A stretch of 64,000 nucleotides of DNA from Rubrobacter sp. (GTDB lineage: Bacteria > Actinomycetota > Rubrobacteria > Rubrobacterales > Rubrobacteraceae): assembly GCA_035641035.1 (NCBI GenBank), contig DASQVA010000033.1, forward strand, positions 737 to 64,736, given 5' to 3'. The position numbers and the translations under genes are program-made. Shown here one piece after another: positions 1-10,111 of the stretch (within the stretch, counting starts at the first letter, position 1; each line of letters starts with the position of its first letter). The notes below the pieces were generated by a model, which made no database searches, was not told where the DNA came from, and was given only the letters and a program-made list of their open reading frames with translations.

Positions 1-253
1 CCCGGTTCTCTTCCTCGGGGGCGACGGGGTCCGCAACGGGGACGCTCCTGGGCTGGGCGACGTTGGCCTGGTTGGACACCCGCTCCCCATCGGAGCCGCC
101 CACGAGGGTGCCCGCAACGACCCAGGCGAAGACGAGCAGTGCGAGCAGCGCGAGTACCGGCGGCAGCACCCTGCTGTCCCGCAAGAACGCGTCCACGAAC
201 CCCGGGCCCGCGGCCCCCAGCCGCCGCGTAAGCCGTCGCAAGCTAGGGGGCAT
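1..253 (-). CDS. Membrane-anchored hypothetical protein downstream of pilO (PilP position), runs off the window edge
   Basis: Manual translation from ATG at 253 (overlaps the pilO stop): MPPSLRRL...VLPPVLALLALLVFAWVVAGTLV...; one TM helix; open to position 1; not in the ORF track. Confidence 0.7.
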   Translation of the reverse strand, partial: MPPSLRRLTRRLGAAGPGFVDAFLRDSRVLPPVLALLALLVFAWVVAGTLVGGSDGERVSNQANVAQPRSVPVADPVAPEEENR

Positions 254-884
254 CGGTCCTCTCTTCCGTCGCGGGCACTGGCGGCGGCGGCGCCGTCGGC
301 GCGACGCCCGACGGCACCCCCGTCGGTTGAAAGTAGACCTCTGCCTCTATCTTCACCCGCAGCATCTTCTCTATCTCCGGTTGCGCGGTCGTGCCCTCCT
401 CGAACACCTCGTAGGTGATGTCATTGACCGTCATCAGGCGGGCCAGGTTACGTGTCAGGCGCAAGAATTCCTGCAACTCCTGGTAGGTGCCCTCGAAAGA
501 CATTGTAATCGGCTGGACGCTGTAATCGCCACCAACAGGCGGCGGGGCTGGGGTCCCAGGGATCAACGAGATCTGCGTAACACCCGAGTCACGAGTGATC
601 TCCTCGATCTGGACGGTGAGCGTCGGGATCTCCGGCTGCGTGGGGATCCTCTTGCTCAGCTCGAGGAGTTGGCGTTCGATCTCCGGCGAGTTGCGCCTCA
701 CCTCTTCAAGATCGGCCACCTCTTGTTGCAACTGGGCCAATTGGGCCTCTCTCTGTTCCCGTTGATGGTCCGCCTCGCCGAGGCGACTTAACAGAGGACC
801 GAGCAGCAGAAAGCAGAAGCCGACGGCAAGCACTACGAGCGCCAGTGACCCGAGGATGAGCAGGTTCCGGTCGCTGCGGCTCAA
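243..884 (-). CDS. pilO: Type IV pilus assembly protein PilO
   Basis: N-terminal TM, coiled coil, 'KRIPTQPEIPTL', 'FEGTYQELQEFL...NLARLMTV'; follows pilM-pilN. Confidence 0.85.
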   Translation of the reverse strand: MSRSDRNLLILGSLALVVLAVGFCFLLLGPLLSRLGEADHQREQREAQLAQLQQEVADLEEVRRNSPEIERQLLELSKRIPTQPEIPTLTVQIEEITRDSGVTQISLIPGTPAPPPVGGDYSVQPITMSFEGTYQELQEFLRLTRNLARLMTVNDITYEVFEEGTTAQPEIEKMLRVKIEAEVYFQPTGVPSGVAPTAPPPPVPATEERTDAP

Positions 885-1633
885 GGTCGCGCCGACCCCG
901 GCTGGACCGCGTACTTGTCCGTGGCCGTGGCCCTGGCATCGGCCGACTCGCCGAGATCCGAACCCCGTGCGCCGTCGGCGACCTCATCTGGGGATCCACC
1001 CTCCAGACGCACCTCCGTACCGTTCTGGCCGACCACGGTTATGAGCTCTGAGGCCACCTCGAAGTCTATGGCGGGATCCACGAAGGTCGTCCGGTTCAGC
1101 TCGGCCGAGTTCAGCTGCGAGTTAGCGAGAAACTCGAGGTTGTTTAGCCGCACGACAAAGTCGGCCACGTTCTGATAGCGTGGCAGCGCAACGCCGGTAA
1201 ACGTGACGGCGCCGGGCGGTTCCAGCGGTTGCTCGACCGGTGCCTCGACGTCCACCGGGGCGGCCTCTGCGGTGAGCGTCCGGAGCGCGGTCGTCTCGGG
1301 TATGACGAAGGCCAGGCCTTGCAGGAACTCATCCCAGGCGAATCGGCTGCGGTAAATCCCGTCCGCCACGGGCTTTTTCTCATCGAGTCTGGCCCGAAGA
1401 TCCCTATACGGTCTCAACTCCGCTAGATGCCCGTTCCGGCGGACTATTTCATTGTCCAGCTCGGAGATACTGTCCTCTATCCCGCCAAGTCGCAGGAAGA
1501 GGACCAGATACACCCCGACCATCAGGATAAGGGCGACGGCCCCCACGATGAGCAGTATCCTGAGCTCCCTGCCCCGGGAACCTTCGGAGCCCCACCGGCG
1601 ATCCTCGAGTGGGAGGAGGTTTATACGCCTCAT
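881..1633 (-). CDS. pilN: Type IV pilus assembly protein PilN
   Basis: N-terminal 'RINLLP' PilM-binding motif, TM helix, coiled coil. Confidence 0.9.
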   Translation of the reverse strand: MRRINLLPLEDRRWGSEGSRGRELRILLIVGAVALILMVGVYLVLFLRLGGIEDSISELDNEIVRRNGHLAELRPYRDLRARLDEKKPVADGIYRSRFAWDEFLQGLAFVIPETTALRTLTAEAAPVDVEAPVEQPLEPPGAVTFTGVALPRYQNVADFVVRLNNLEFLANSQLNSAELNRTTFVDPAIDFEVASELITVVGQNGTEVRLEGGSPDEVADGARGSDLGESADARATATDKYAVQPGSARP

Positions 1634-2751
1634 TCGTCCTCCAACGCGAGACCGAAAGCCACCGCCAGAACGGGTTCCATCGCCCGCAGTTGCCCGTCGG
1701 AGACGTTGGAGTGATTGGCGGCCAGTCTCTCGAGCGGGTTCCCGCGGCCGGTGGCGATGCCGAGCAATTCACTGAGGTAACCGGCGAAGCCGGAGATCAG
1801 AGCCCCCTCTCCGGAGACCAACACCCGCGAGACCTCTCGCGATCCAGACTGGGAGTGATGGTGCTCCAGAGAGCCCTGCACGCCCTCGGCCAGTTCCTGC
1901 GCCGCGTTCTTGAGGCCCCGGCGCACGTTGTACACGAGCTCGGGGTCGAAATCGTCCTCCTCCGGCGTCTCCTCGCCCCCTTCGCCCTGATCGTGCCCCA
2001 GCCCGACCCGCGGGCACAGCGTTTGCTTCTCTGCTTCGTCGGCCGGAAGGTCCGCGGCATCGGCCACGGCCGCCACGAACTCGCCAAAGCCCCTGAGTAT
2101 AGAGCGGGTCAGGACGGGTTGGCCCCCGTCTGTGATAACAAGGTTGGTGATCTCGGACCCCACGTCAAGCAGGGCGACGGCCCCTTCCTCGGCGAAGAAG
2201 GGGTCGGGGAGGATAGAGCGGGTCAGCGAGAGCGCCTTGACGTCTACTCCCACTGGACGCAACCCGCCGGTACGGAGGGCCGAGGTGTAGCGATCGATCA
2301 TCTCCCTCTGGGCGGCGACGACAAGGACGCGGTCGTAATGGGAGCCCTCATCCCGCGGACCGAGCACGAGGTAGTCAAGGACGGCTTCTTCCAGCGGCAT
2401 AGGGATGTGATCCTGCGCCTCGAAGCCTATAGCCCTCTTGAGATCCTCGGACTCCATGCGCGGGAAGTCCAGCAGCCTCACTACCACCTGCTGGTTGGAG
2501 ACGCCCAAGACGACGGATCTTCCGCCGAACGAATGTGAGTTCCAGAACTCCCGGATCTCGGCGGCCAAAAGGTCGTGATCAGCAACTTCGCCCTCGACCA
2601 CCGCCCCCGGAGGGAGCCGATGGTAGCCCACGTGCTGGAGGACGTACCGGCCCCCGCCGCCGGAGACCTGGACGGCCTTGATCGCGCCGCGGTCTACGTC
2701 CATCCCGATGGTTCGCGACCCTAGCCGCACGAAACTCTTGAAGCGCTCCAC
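1630..2751 (-). CDS. pilM: Type IV pilus assembly protein PilM (actin-like)
   Basis: 'IGMDVDRGAIKAVQ', 'LLDVGSEITNLVI', 'AVAFGLAL' end. Confidence 0.9.
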   Translation of the reverse strand: MERFKSFVRLGSRTIGMDVDRGAIKAVQVSGGGGRYVLQHVGYHRLPPGAVVEGEVADHDLLAAEIREFWNSHSFGGRSVVLGVSNQQVVVRLLDFPRMESEDLKRAIGFEAQDHIPMPLEEAVLDYLVLGPRDEGSHYDRVLVVAAQREMIDRYTSALRTGGLRPVGVDVKALSLTRSILPDPFFAEEGAVALLDVGSEITNLVITDGGQPVLTRSILRGFGEFVAAVADAADLPADEAEKQTLCPRVGLGHDQGEGGEETPEEDDFDPELVYNVRRGLKNAAQELAEGVQGSLEHHHSQSGSREVSRVLVSGEGALISGFAGYLSELLGIATGRGNPLERLAANHSNVSDGQLRAMEPVLAVAFGLALEDE

Positions 2752-2898
2752 GCCCCTAGGCGCCCGCTATCGGCCCACCGGGCCTCGAGGAGTCAGACGT
2801 AGCCCGCGCTACCGACAGCCGGAGGGACGCACGCTCGATGCCGACGTTCGAACAACCCCCGGTGACCCGACCCGTAAAGGAGGCTGCCGCCGGTAAGA

Positions 2899-3561
2899 TC
2901 AAGCGCCCTCCCGGGCGACCTGTCGCAGCGCGCTCACCTCCGTGTCGCTCTCAACGACCGCCTTGCGGCCCACGCTTGAGTTCGCCCCCAGGACGGCCCT
3001 AGCCCCTACTCTGGCCCCGGGACCCAACACGGCGCCGGCAGAGACCCACGAACCAGCCCCCACCTCGGCGTCCCGATCCACCACAGACCGCGGCCCCAGA
3101 AAGCAGTGGCTCCCAACGGCCGCGTCCGGGTGCACCACGACCCCGGCGGCGAGGACGCAGCCACCCCCGATAGTCGCGGCCCCTGAGACGTAAGCATTTG
3201 GATGCACCGCGGTAAAGAACTGGCCTCCCAGGCCTCTTAATGAGTTGGCGATCCGCAACCGGTCGCCGTTATCCGTAATCGCCACCACGACGTGGACAGG
3301 CTCGATCGAGAGCATGCTCTTAAGCATCTCCACGTCACCGAGCACCGGATACCCCCGCACCTTCTTCGAAATCGCAGTGTGGGAGTCATCGTAGAACCCC
3401 AACACCCGGTCTCCAAACCCACTCGCCAGCAGAGCGTCCAACGCCACTCGTCCGTAGCCGCCGGCCCCGACGATGGCGACCCTTATTTCCTCTTCGAGAC
3501 CTATTTCCTGTACTTCAACCTCCGGTTGAGGTACGCCGGTGGTGGTTTCGGGCTCTCTTAT
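2899..3561 (-). CDS. NeuD/PglD-family sugar O/N-acetyltransferase (hexapeptide repeats); start uncertain
   Basis: Frame extends upstream of the track start (3447) to include 'RVAIVGAGGYGR'; 'VVAITDNGDRLR', 'AVHPNAYVS', left-handed beta-helix repeats; candidate ATA start at 3561 behind GGAGG. Confidence 0.8.
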   Translation of the reverse strand: MREPETTTGVPQPEVEVQEIGLEEEIRVAIVGAGGYGRVALDALLASGFGDRVLGFYDDSHTAISKKVRGYPVLGDVEMLKSMLSIEPVHVVVAITDNGDRLRIANSLRGLGGQFFTAVHPNAYVSGAATIGGGCVLAAGVVVHPDAAVGSHCFLGPRSVVDRDAEVGAGSWVSAGAVLGPGARVGARAVLGANSSVGRKAVVESDTEVSALRQVAREGA

Positions 3562-3667
3562 CTCCCTTTCCTCCCAACAGAGATTTGGCCTGGTACCTCG
3601 GGCAGTTTAGCACCCTCGCTCTCAGCTTGCTCCTGTGCCAACATCTTGCACCCTTCGCTTCCGCCTA

Positions 3668-4606
3668 TTAACCTCCGGGAAGATTTTTGACGAGAAATGC
3701 TCCTTCGAGGGAGTTACCGAGCAGAAATTTGCGAGCCGAGAGTCGCCTGGAGCCAGGGATCTGGAGCTCTAACACCTCTACGGCGCCGGTCCCGCAACTC
3801 ACCACGAATCGCCGATTTTCGGCGTGAATTCGGCCTTTCTCAGGGGATGGATCCGTTTCTTTGAAGACCCTAGACCGCCAGATCTTGACAGGACCCTCGA
3901 CCTCCCGATGGAAAGCCCGCGCGCCTATGGTTGGCGCCAGCGCCCGGATCTGGTCGTGCACCTGCCTCGCACTACGCTCCCACCCTATAGTCTTATCCTG
4001 ATCCGAAATCTTAGGAGCATACGTAGCATAAACACTATCCTGCTCAGTGAGGGCTAGGCTTCCGGCTTTTAGCAGATCTAAACCCTCTACTATGGCTTCA
4101 GCTCCGGTCGCGGCGAGTCGATGGGTGAGTTCGCCACCGGTCATGTCGGGAGGGATCTCAACGGCGCGCTGGAGGGCAACCTCTCCGGTGTCCAGTCCTT
4201 CGTCCATCCGCATGATGGTTACGCCGGTTTCGCGTTCTCCGTTCATTATGGCGCGTTCGACCGGGGCGGCCCCGCGGTACTTCGGTAGCAGCGCCGCGTG
4301 GACGTTCCAAGCGCCTTCTCTGGCAGCGTAGAGGGTGTCCGTGCGCAGGATCTGCCCGTAAGCGGCGACGATCAGCGCCTCGAGATAGGAGATCTCTGCT
4401 ACGGCATCCGAGATGCGGGTCGGCTGGCGTAGGGGCAGGCCGGCGGAGCGGGCCAGTTCGGCTACCGGTGTGGGTGTAGTCTTGCGGCCGCGGCCCTTGC
4501 GGGGGTCAGGCTGAGAGATCACGAGGCCGACCTCGTGGTCGGAGGAGATCAGACCCCGCAGCACGGTGGCGGCGAAATCGGGCGTGCCGGCGAAGGCTAC
4601 CTTCAC
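3668..4606 (-). CDS. fmt: Methionyl-tRNA formyltransferase
   Basis: 'KVAFAGTPDFA', 'NVHAALLPKYRGAAP', 'GLDTG'; GTG start at 4606 chosen. Confidence 0.95.
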   Translation of the reverse strand: MKVAFAGTPDFAATVLRGLISSDHEVGLVISQPDPRKGRGRKTTPTPVAELARSAGLPLRQPTRISDAVAEISYLEALIVAAYGQILRTDTLYAAREGAWNVHAALLPKYRGAAPVERAIMNGERETGVTIMRMDEGLDTGEVALQRAVEIPPDMTGGELTHRLAATGAEAIVEGLDLLKAGSLALTEQDSVYATYAPKISDQDKTIGWERSARQVHDQIRALAPTIGARAFHREVEGPVKIWRSRVFKETDPSPEKGRIHAENRRFVVSCGTGAVEVLELQIPGSRRLSARKFLLGNSLEGAFLVKNLPGG

Positions 4607-4622
4607 GTGTACCTGGTCGACC

Positions 4623-5120
4623 CTAGCTCTGTTGGGCGAGGAGTCGCTCTCGCCACTCACGCATGGCGGCTTTGCGGGAGCCGCGGTCGGTGCGGTCCAG
4701 GATTAGGACGCCGTCGAGGTGGTCCACCTCGTGCTGGAAGACGCGGGCGAGCAGGCCTTCGGCCTCTATCCTGATCGGCTCCCCTGAAGCGTCCTGGCCG
4801 GAGATCGTGATCTCTGTCGGCCGCTCGACTTCGACCTGGATCCCTGGTATGGATAGGCATCCTTCGGGCACGCTCTCGGTGGTCTCGGAAGCCTCTTCGA
4901 TAACGGGGTTGACCAGCACATACTCGTCGTCCTCCACCGCGGCCACCAGGATGCGCTTGAGCCGCCCTACCTGGTTGGCGGCGAGTCCCACGCCCTCTTG
5001 CTCGCGCATCGTAGCCAACATGTCTTCGGCCAGGCGCTCGAGCGACCCGTCGAAGCCTTTGACCAGTGCGGCGCGGGTCTTAAGGATCGGGTCTCCGAAC
5101 GTCCTCATGTCGAATGCCAC
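4623..5120 (-). CDS. def: Peptide deformylase
   Basis: GVGLAANQ, EGCLS, QHEVDHLDG motifs. Confidence 0.97.
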   Translation of the reverse strand: MAFDMRTFGDPILKTRAALVKGFDGSLERLAEDMLATMREQEGVGLAANQVGRLKRILVAAVEDDEYVLVNPVIEEASETTESVPEGCLSIPGIQVEVERPTEITISGQDASGEPIRIEAEGLLARVFQHEVDHLDGVLILDRTDRGSRKAAMREWRERLLAQQS

Positions 5121-5125
5121 TTCCG

Positions 5126-7384
5126 TTATACCTCCTCGGGGTCTACCTCAACGCGCACCTTGAGGCCGCGGGTTCTCGCCGCCAGCCGGGCGGCCAGGGT
5201 CGCGGCGCGTGCCACGGCCGGCCGCTCTCTGGACCTGAGCAAGACCCGCCACACCGACATACTACCGCTACGCCCGAACGGAACCACGGCCGACATCTCG
5301 ACGCCCGGCTCCAGAGCTGGCCGCAATCGGGATTCTACCGCACGGCGAACGACCGCCTCTGACCCTTCAAAGGTCAACGAGGAGAGGTGTGCGTAGGGCG
5401 GATAGCCTAGGGCGCGTAGCCGCGGGAGCTCAGCCGCGGCGAAGGCCTCGTAGTCGCCCCGCACCCCGGTACGCAGCGCGTAGTGCTCAGGAACGCGGGT
5501 CTGTACTAGGAGCAGCTCCCGGGCTGCCTCCGCCGCGCCGTGGAGCAACCGGAAGGAGCGCTCTACCGCGCCTATGCTGCTCGCTAGGAGAAAGGCGTCG
5601 ACGTCGGGGAGGATCACCGTGTCCCACTCGCCCTCAAGGAGGCAGTGGGCGGTTCCTACCACCGCGGGGGCGTCAGGGAGATATTGCCCTGACGCGGTGA
5701 TAAGGCCGACCGGCTCACCGAGGGCGTCGAACAAATCCTCCCGCATGTGTTCTGCGGCCAGGCCTGTTGATACGACCCGGTCGGACCCACACTCGTCGCA
5801 CCGCCCGGTGTTCGCCTCCCGGTGGCCGCAGAGGGTGCAAATCCGGGGCCCGATCCTGCCCCGCAGCACCAGCGGGAGGTCGCAGTTCGGGCAGCGCTTC
5901 ACCGTCCCGCACCGGGTACAATAGACGGCCGTCGCGTACCCGATTCGGTTCGCTACCAGGCCGACCCGTTTTCTCTCGGCCAGGTGCCGACGGCAGGCCT
6001 CGATCAGGGTAGAGCTGAACGTCACCCCCGAACCCCTCATGTCCACGATGCGCACCCCCGGCCACGCGTGCGACCGGCGGGCCGGAAGCTCCCGGATGCG
6101 GTCTCGCTTGCGAACCTCTGGGGCGGAGAGCCTGAGCGACGGAAAAGGGGACAGACAGAGCGCGGCTGCCCCCTCAGCTCGACCACGCTCGAGCGCGATC
6201 TCCCGCACGTGCACCGGTAGTCCTTCGTAGCCAGGCTCGGCCCGGTGACCCTCGTTCGGTTCGTCCACGACGCAAATCGAGCCTGGACGCGCAAGCGGCA
6301 GCAGCGCCGCCGTCCGCGTACCGACAACGACGTCCACGTCTCCCCCCCGAACGGCCTCGTAGACTGCGCTCCTGCCACGACCCAGGCCACTGTGGTAGGG
6401 CGCGATGGTGTATCCTGCGGGGAGTGCTTGGCGCAGATGGTTGATCACGTGCTCGACCACACTGATCTTGGGGGCCAGCACCAGTGCCTGCTCTCCCTCC
6501 TCAAGCGTGGCCCGTACTACGGCCGCCACCGCGTCGGGCTGCTCACGCGTGGGCGTCCTCCACAGAAAAGCGCCGCCGCTTTCAACGGCTCGTCCGGCGG
6601 GCCGGGAAAACGGCTCGAGATTACGGGCTGCGTGGTCGCCGTCCGTGGTCTCGGTCGCAGGACTCTTCGGGAGGCGGACGAGCCTCACGGCCCCCCTGTG
6701 CACGAGCCCCCGAAGTACGCCCCGGCTGGCGCCGATCTCGGCGAGCAGGGACGAGGTCGTGCTCGCGCCTCCCCGCTCTTTCAGGAGATTAAACAGATCC
6801 CGCTGGCGGGGGGCACGTCCCAGGTCCGGGTCGGCTGCGGAACGGATTGCCGCCCACTCTACGGTTGGCGGCCGCGGAGGGACCGGGGCCAGCTCGATCC
6901 GGCCGTTTACTTCGGCCGCGCGGAGCGCTTCGGGTCCGAGAGCGCGTTTCAGCGCTGTGCGGGTGACCAAGTCGTTCGTTTGCCAGCACCACCTGGACGA
7001 TGGTTCGAGCACCCGGTAGCGGGCGATGTCGAGGCCGGTCGGTAACGCAGCGCGCAGCACCAGGGGTAGGGGGACGGCGGCGTTCTCGCAGACCCGGCGG
7101 CAGACCTCGACGAGGTCCGGCGGCAGGGAGAGGTCATCGGCGACGGACAATAGGTCTTCTCGCGCGCAGTCGATCTCTCCGCCAATTTCCAGTACCACCC
7201 CGAGGCGAGGACGCCCAGAGAGTGGGGCGACGACCGCGGTGCCCGGGCGAACCTCCTTACGCAGGTGCTCCGGTATCCGGTAGCTCAAGGTGGGGAGGGC
7301 GTGCGTCGGGATCAGGAGGCTGATCTGCGCCGCGAAGGGTCTTCGAGTAGCGCGGACGGGCGTGTGGCCTACGCTCTTTACCAA
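5126..7384 (-). CDS. priA: Primosomal protein N' (PriA), helicase motifs degenerate
   Basis: Four CxxC pairs, 'YPPYAHL', C-terminal 'VEVDP'; synteny metK-priA-def-fmt. Confidence 0.9.
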   Translation of the reverse strand: MVKSVGHTPVRATRRPFAAQISLLIPTHALPTLSYRIPEHLRKEVRPGTAVVAPLSGRPRLGVVLEIGGEIDCAREDLLSVADDLSLPPDLVEVCRRVCENAAVPLPLVLRAALPTGLDIARYRVLEPSSRWCWQTNDLVTRTALKRALGPEALRAAEVNGRIELAPVPPRPPTVEWAAIRSAADPDLGRAPRQRDLFNLLKERGGASTTSSLLAEIGASRGVLRGLVHRGAVRLVRLPKSPATETTDGDHAARNLEPFSRPAGRAVESGGAFLWRTPTREQPDAVAAVVRATLEEGEQALVLAPKISVVEHVINHLRQALPAGYTIAPYHSGLGRGRSAVYEAVRGGDVDVVVGTRTAALLPLARPGSICVVDEPNEGHRAEPGYEGLPVHVREIALERGRAEGAAALCLSPFPSLRLSAPEVRKRDRIRELPARRSHAWPGVRIVDMRGSGVTFSSTLIEACRRHLAERKRVGLVANRIGYATAVYCTRCGTVKRCPNCDLPLVLRGRIGPRICTLCGHREANTGRCDECGSDRVVSTGLAAEHMREDLFDALGEPVGLITASGQYLPDAPAVVGTAHCLLEGEWDTVILPDVDAFLLASSIGAVERSFRLLHGAAEAARELLLVQTRVPEHYALRTGVRGDYEAFAAAELPRLRALGYPPYAHLSSLTFEGSEAVVRRAVESRLRPALEPGVEMSAVVPFGRSGSMSVWRVLLRSRERPAVARAATLAARLAARTRGLKVRVEVDPEEV

Positions 7385-8629
7385 CTACAGACCGGCGGCG
7401 CGGCGGAGGTCACCAGCGCGCAAGGTCGCCTCCCAGGAGAACCCCGGTTCGCGGCGACCGAAGTGGCCGTAGGCCGCAGCCTGGGCGAAGATCGGGTGTC
7501 TCAGCTCCAGGTCGCGGATGATGGCGCCGGGCCTGAGGTCGAAGTGCTCCTGGACCAGGGTGCCGAGCGTCGCCGGATCCACCTTAGCAGTACCGAAGGT
7601 CTCGACCATCACGCTGACCGGGTGGGCGACGCCGATGGCGTAAGCGATCTGGACCAGGCACCGCCGGGCGAGGCCCGCCGCGACGAGGTTCTTGGCAACC
7701 CAGCGGGCGGCGTAGGAACCTGAGCGGTCAACCTTAGTCGGGTCCTTGCCGGAGAAGGCGCCGCCGCCGTGCGGCGCGGAGCCGCCGTAGGTGTCCACGA
7801 TGATCTTTCGCCCGGTGAGGCCCGTATCTCCCTGGGGGCCACCAGTCACAAACCGGCCCGTGGGGTTCACCAGGATCTCGGCCGCGCTCTCGTGGAAGAA
7901 CCCATTGGGCATTACCGGGCGGATCACGGTCTCGACGAGGTCGTCCCGGATGCGGGCCTCCGCCCCGTCGCGGTGCTGGGCGGAGATGAGGACCTTCTCG
8001 ATACCTACGGGCGTGTCGCCTTCGTAGCGCACCGTCACCTGGCTCTTGCCGTCGGGCCTGAGGTAGTCGAGTTCGCCGCTTTTGCGGACCTCCGAGAGGC
8101 GCCGGGTCAGGGCGTGGGCGAGGGTTATCGGGAGCGGCATCAGCTCCTCGGTCTCCTCGCAGGCGTAGCCGAACATCATCCCCTGGTCGCCGGCCCCGAT
8201 CTCGTCTATGTTGTCCTGACCGAGGCGTTCGCGCACTTCCAAAGCCTTGTCCACGCCTTGAGCGATGTCCGAGGACTGGGGATCAATGGAGACGATCACG
8301 CCGCAGGTCTCGGCGTCGAAGCCGAACTTGGCCCTAGTGTAGCCGATCTGCGAGATCTTCTCGCGCACGAGCGTCGGGATGTCCACATAGGTCGAGGTCG
8401 TGATCTCGCCGGCCACCACCACGAGGCCCGTCGTGACCAGCGTCTCGCAGGCCACCCGGCTCATCGGGTCGTCGGCGAGCGCCGCGTCGAGGATAGTGTC
8501 GGAGATCTGGTCCGCTATCTTGTCCGGATGCCCCTCCGTAACGGACTCAGAGGTGAAGAGGTGCGAGGATCTGAGATTTCGGTCGTTCGCAGCGTTCCAG
8601 CTTGTGATGCCGGCCGTTCTCTCCGCCAT
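7385..8629 (-). CDS. metK: S-adenosylmethionine synthetase
   Basis: '[13 protein letters not shown]', 'GAGDQG', 'GGGAFSGKD'. Confidence 0.98.
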   Translation of the reverse strand: MAERTAGITSWNAANDRNLRSSHLFTSESVTEGHPDKIADQISDTILDAALADDPMSRVACETLVTTGLVVVAGEITTSTYVDIPTLVREKISQIGYTRAKFGFDAETCGVIVSIDPQSSDIAQGVDKALEVRERLGQDNIDEIGAGDQGMMFGYACEETEELMPLPITLAHALTRRLSEVRKSGELDYLRPDGKSQVTVRYEGDTPVGIEKVLISAQHRDGAEARIRDDLVETVIRPVMPNGFFHESAAEILVNPTGRFVTGGPQGDTGLTGRKIIVDTYGGSAPHGGGAFSGKDPTKVDRSGSYAARWVAKNLVAAGLARRCLVQIAYAIGVAHPVSVMVETFGTAKVDPATLGTLVQEHFDLRPGAIIRDLELRHPIFAQAAAYGHFGRREPGFSWEATLRAGDLRRAAGL

Positions 8630-8631
8630 AT

Positions 8632-9735
8632 TTATCCCCGCCTCTCCTCGCTCATCCCTGTCAGCAGGCTAGCCAGGATCACGCGCGCCACCTCCCGCTT
8701 GCACGTGCGGGGAACCAAGCGCACCCCGGCCTCGGCGCGGCCCACCACATAGACCTCGTTCTCCTCGGCGTCGAAACCCACGCCCTCCAGCGAGATGTCG
8801 TTACCAATCATGATGTCGGCTCCCTTGGTAACGAGCTTTTCGCGGGCGTCCGGGACAGGGTTCCCGTGTGTCGCCGCGAATCCTACCACAAAGAGGTCCG
8901 AGTTCTGCTCCCGGACCGCCTTGAGTATGTCCGTCGTGGGTTTGAGCTCGATGGCCGTCGTTCCCTGCCCGCGGCGGATCTTCTCCGCTAACGGCGAGAC
9001 AGGTGTGAAATCCGAGACTGCAGCAGCCATGACCAGCGCGTCAGAGTCCCCGGCGTGCACCAGAACCTCCGCCCCTAACTCCGCCACAGTCTCTACCGGA
9101 CGGGTCTTCGTGCCCGGCTCCGACCTCCCGAGGTTGGCGGCCACTACGGTCACCTGTGCTCCCTGGCGCACCGCCTCGCGGGCGATGGCAAGCCCCATCT
9201 TACCTGAAGAGCGGTTCCCGATAAAGCGTACGCTGTCTATCGGCTCCCGAGTGCCACCGGCGGTTACTAGCAAACGCATCCCGCTCATCGGGCCGCCGAG
9301 CCCGCCCAGGAGCCCCGCGACCACCTCCTCGGCCTCGACCATGGCGCTTCCGCCCCCACGGATCACCCCGAACCCGTCCTTAACCAAGATAGCCAAGTTC
9401 TCTCGTACCGCGGCATTAACGGCGGTGCCGGCGTCGAGATCCGGTACGACGAAGGTACGGTGCATCCTGGCAGCATCCCCGGCAGGCCCGTCCCCTAGGC
9501 CGCGCGCAAGCCTGGCGATGGTGGCCGCGGTAGCGGGGGCGAAGAGAACGGCCTCGGGCGCTTCGGAGGGCTCGTCTACGAGCGTTACGGGCGCGGGGAA
9601 TGCGGCAGACCCAACGAACTGCCGGGTATCGGGCTCGAGGATCACCTCCACCCGGTGGCCGACCGTGGCTATCTCGCGGGCCACGCTGGGGACTTCGAGG
9701 GCCCCCCGCGAGGACCCGACCGAGAGCAGGATCAA
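8632..9735 (-). CDS. coaBC: CoaBC-like protein: intact CoaB (PPC synthetase) domain, degenerate CoaC domain
   Basis: '[25 protein letters not shown]', 'MAAAVSDF', 'VGFAA'; TTG start at 9735 just after the rpoZ stop. Confidence 0.9.
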   Translation of the reverse strand: MILLSVGSSRGALEVPSVAREIATVGHRVEVILEPDTRQFVGSAAFPAPVTLVDEPSEAPEAVLFAPATAATIARLARGLGDGPAGDAARMHRTFVVPDLDAGTAVNAAVRENLAILVKDGFGVIRGGGSAMVEAEEVVAGLLGGLGGPMSGMRLLVTAGGTREPIDSVRFIGNRSSGKMGLAIAREAVRQGAQVTVVAANLGRSEPGTKTRPVETVAELGAEVLVHAGDSDALVMAAAVSDFTPVSPLAEKIRRGQGTTAIELKPTTDILKAVREQNSDLFVVGFAATHGNPVPDAREKLVTKGADIMIGNDISLEGVGFDAEENEVYVVGRAEAGVRLVPRTCKREVARVILASLLTGMSEERRG

Positions 9736-9742
9736 GGGCGCT

Positions 9743-10111
9743 CTAGGCCGCGCCCTCGCCCTCGTCGGCAGGCGCACCGGAGTCGACCACGGTCGTTTCG
9801 GGAACGCCCGCACCACTTGGGGGGCTGATAAAGTCGTCCCCGTCGGCCGCCCCAACTTCCTGCGTCACGCTCTCCGGCGGCTGGCGGAAGCCAACCTCCA
9901 GCTTGTCCTGGCGCAGCTCCTCGATGGCGATGCTCAAGGGATGCTGGGAGCGGGTGTGGACCTGCGGGCCGGGGATACCCAGGGCATCGTTCAGGCCCAG
10001 GGTGGAGGTGTACTCGTTGATCTGACGGGCTCTCTTTGCACTCGCCACCACGAGCCCATAACGGGAATCCACCTTGCTCAGTAACTCATCTATCTTAAGG
10101 TCGTGCAGCAT
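9743..10111 (-). CDS. rpoZ: RNA polymerase omega subunit
   Basis: 'IDELLSKVDSRYGLVVASAKRARQI', 'PLSIAIEE'. Confidence 0.95.
   Translation of the reverse strand: MLHDLKIDELLSKVDSRYGLVVASAKRARQINEYTSTLGLNDALGIPGPQVHTRSQHPLSIAIEELRQDKLEVGFRQPPESVTQEVGAADGDDFISPPSGAGVPETTVVDSGAPADEGEGAA

Noticed and set aside
2752-2898. Possible LexA box or riboswitch upstream of pilM (TCGATG-N5-GTTCGA)
   Set aside because: Spacing and one half-site do not fit CGAAC-N4-GTTCG; no c-di-GMP riboswitch motif seen.
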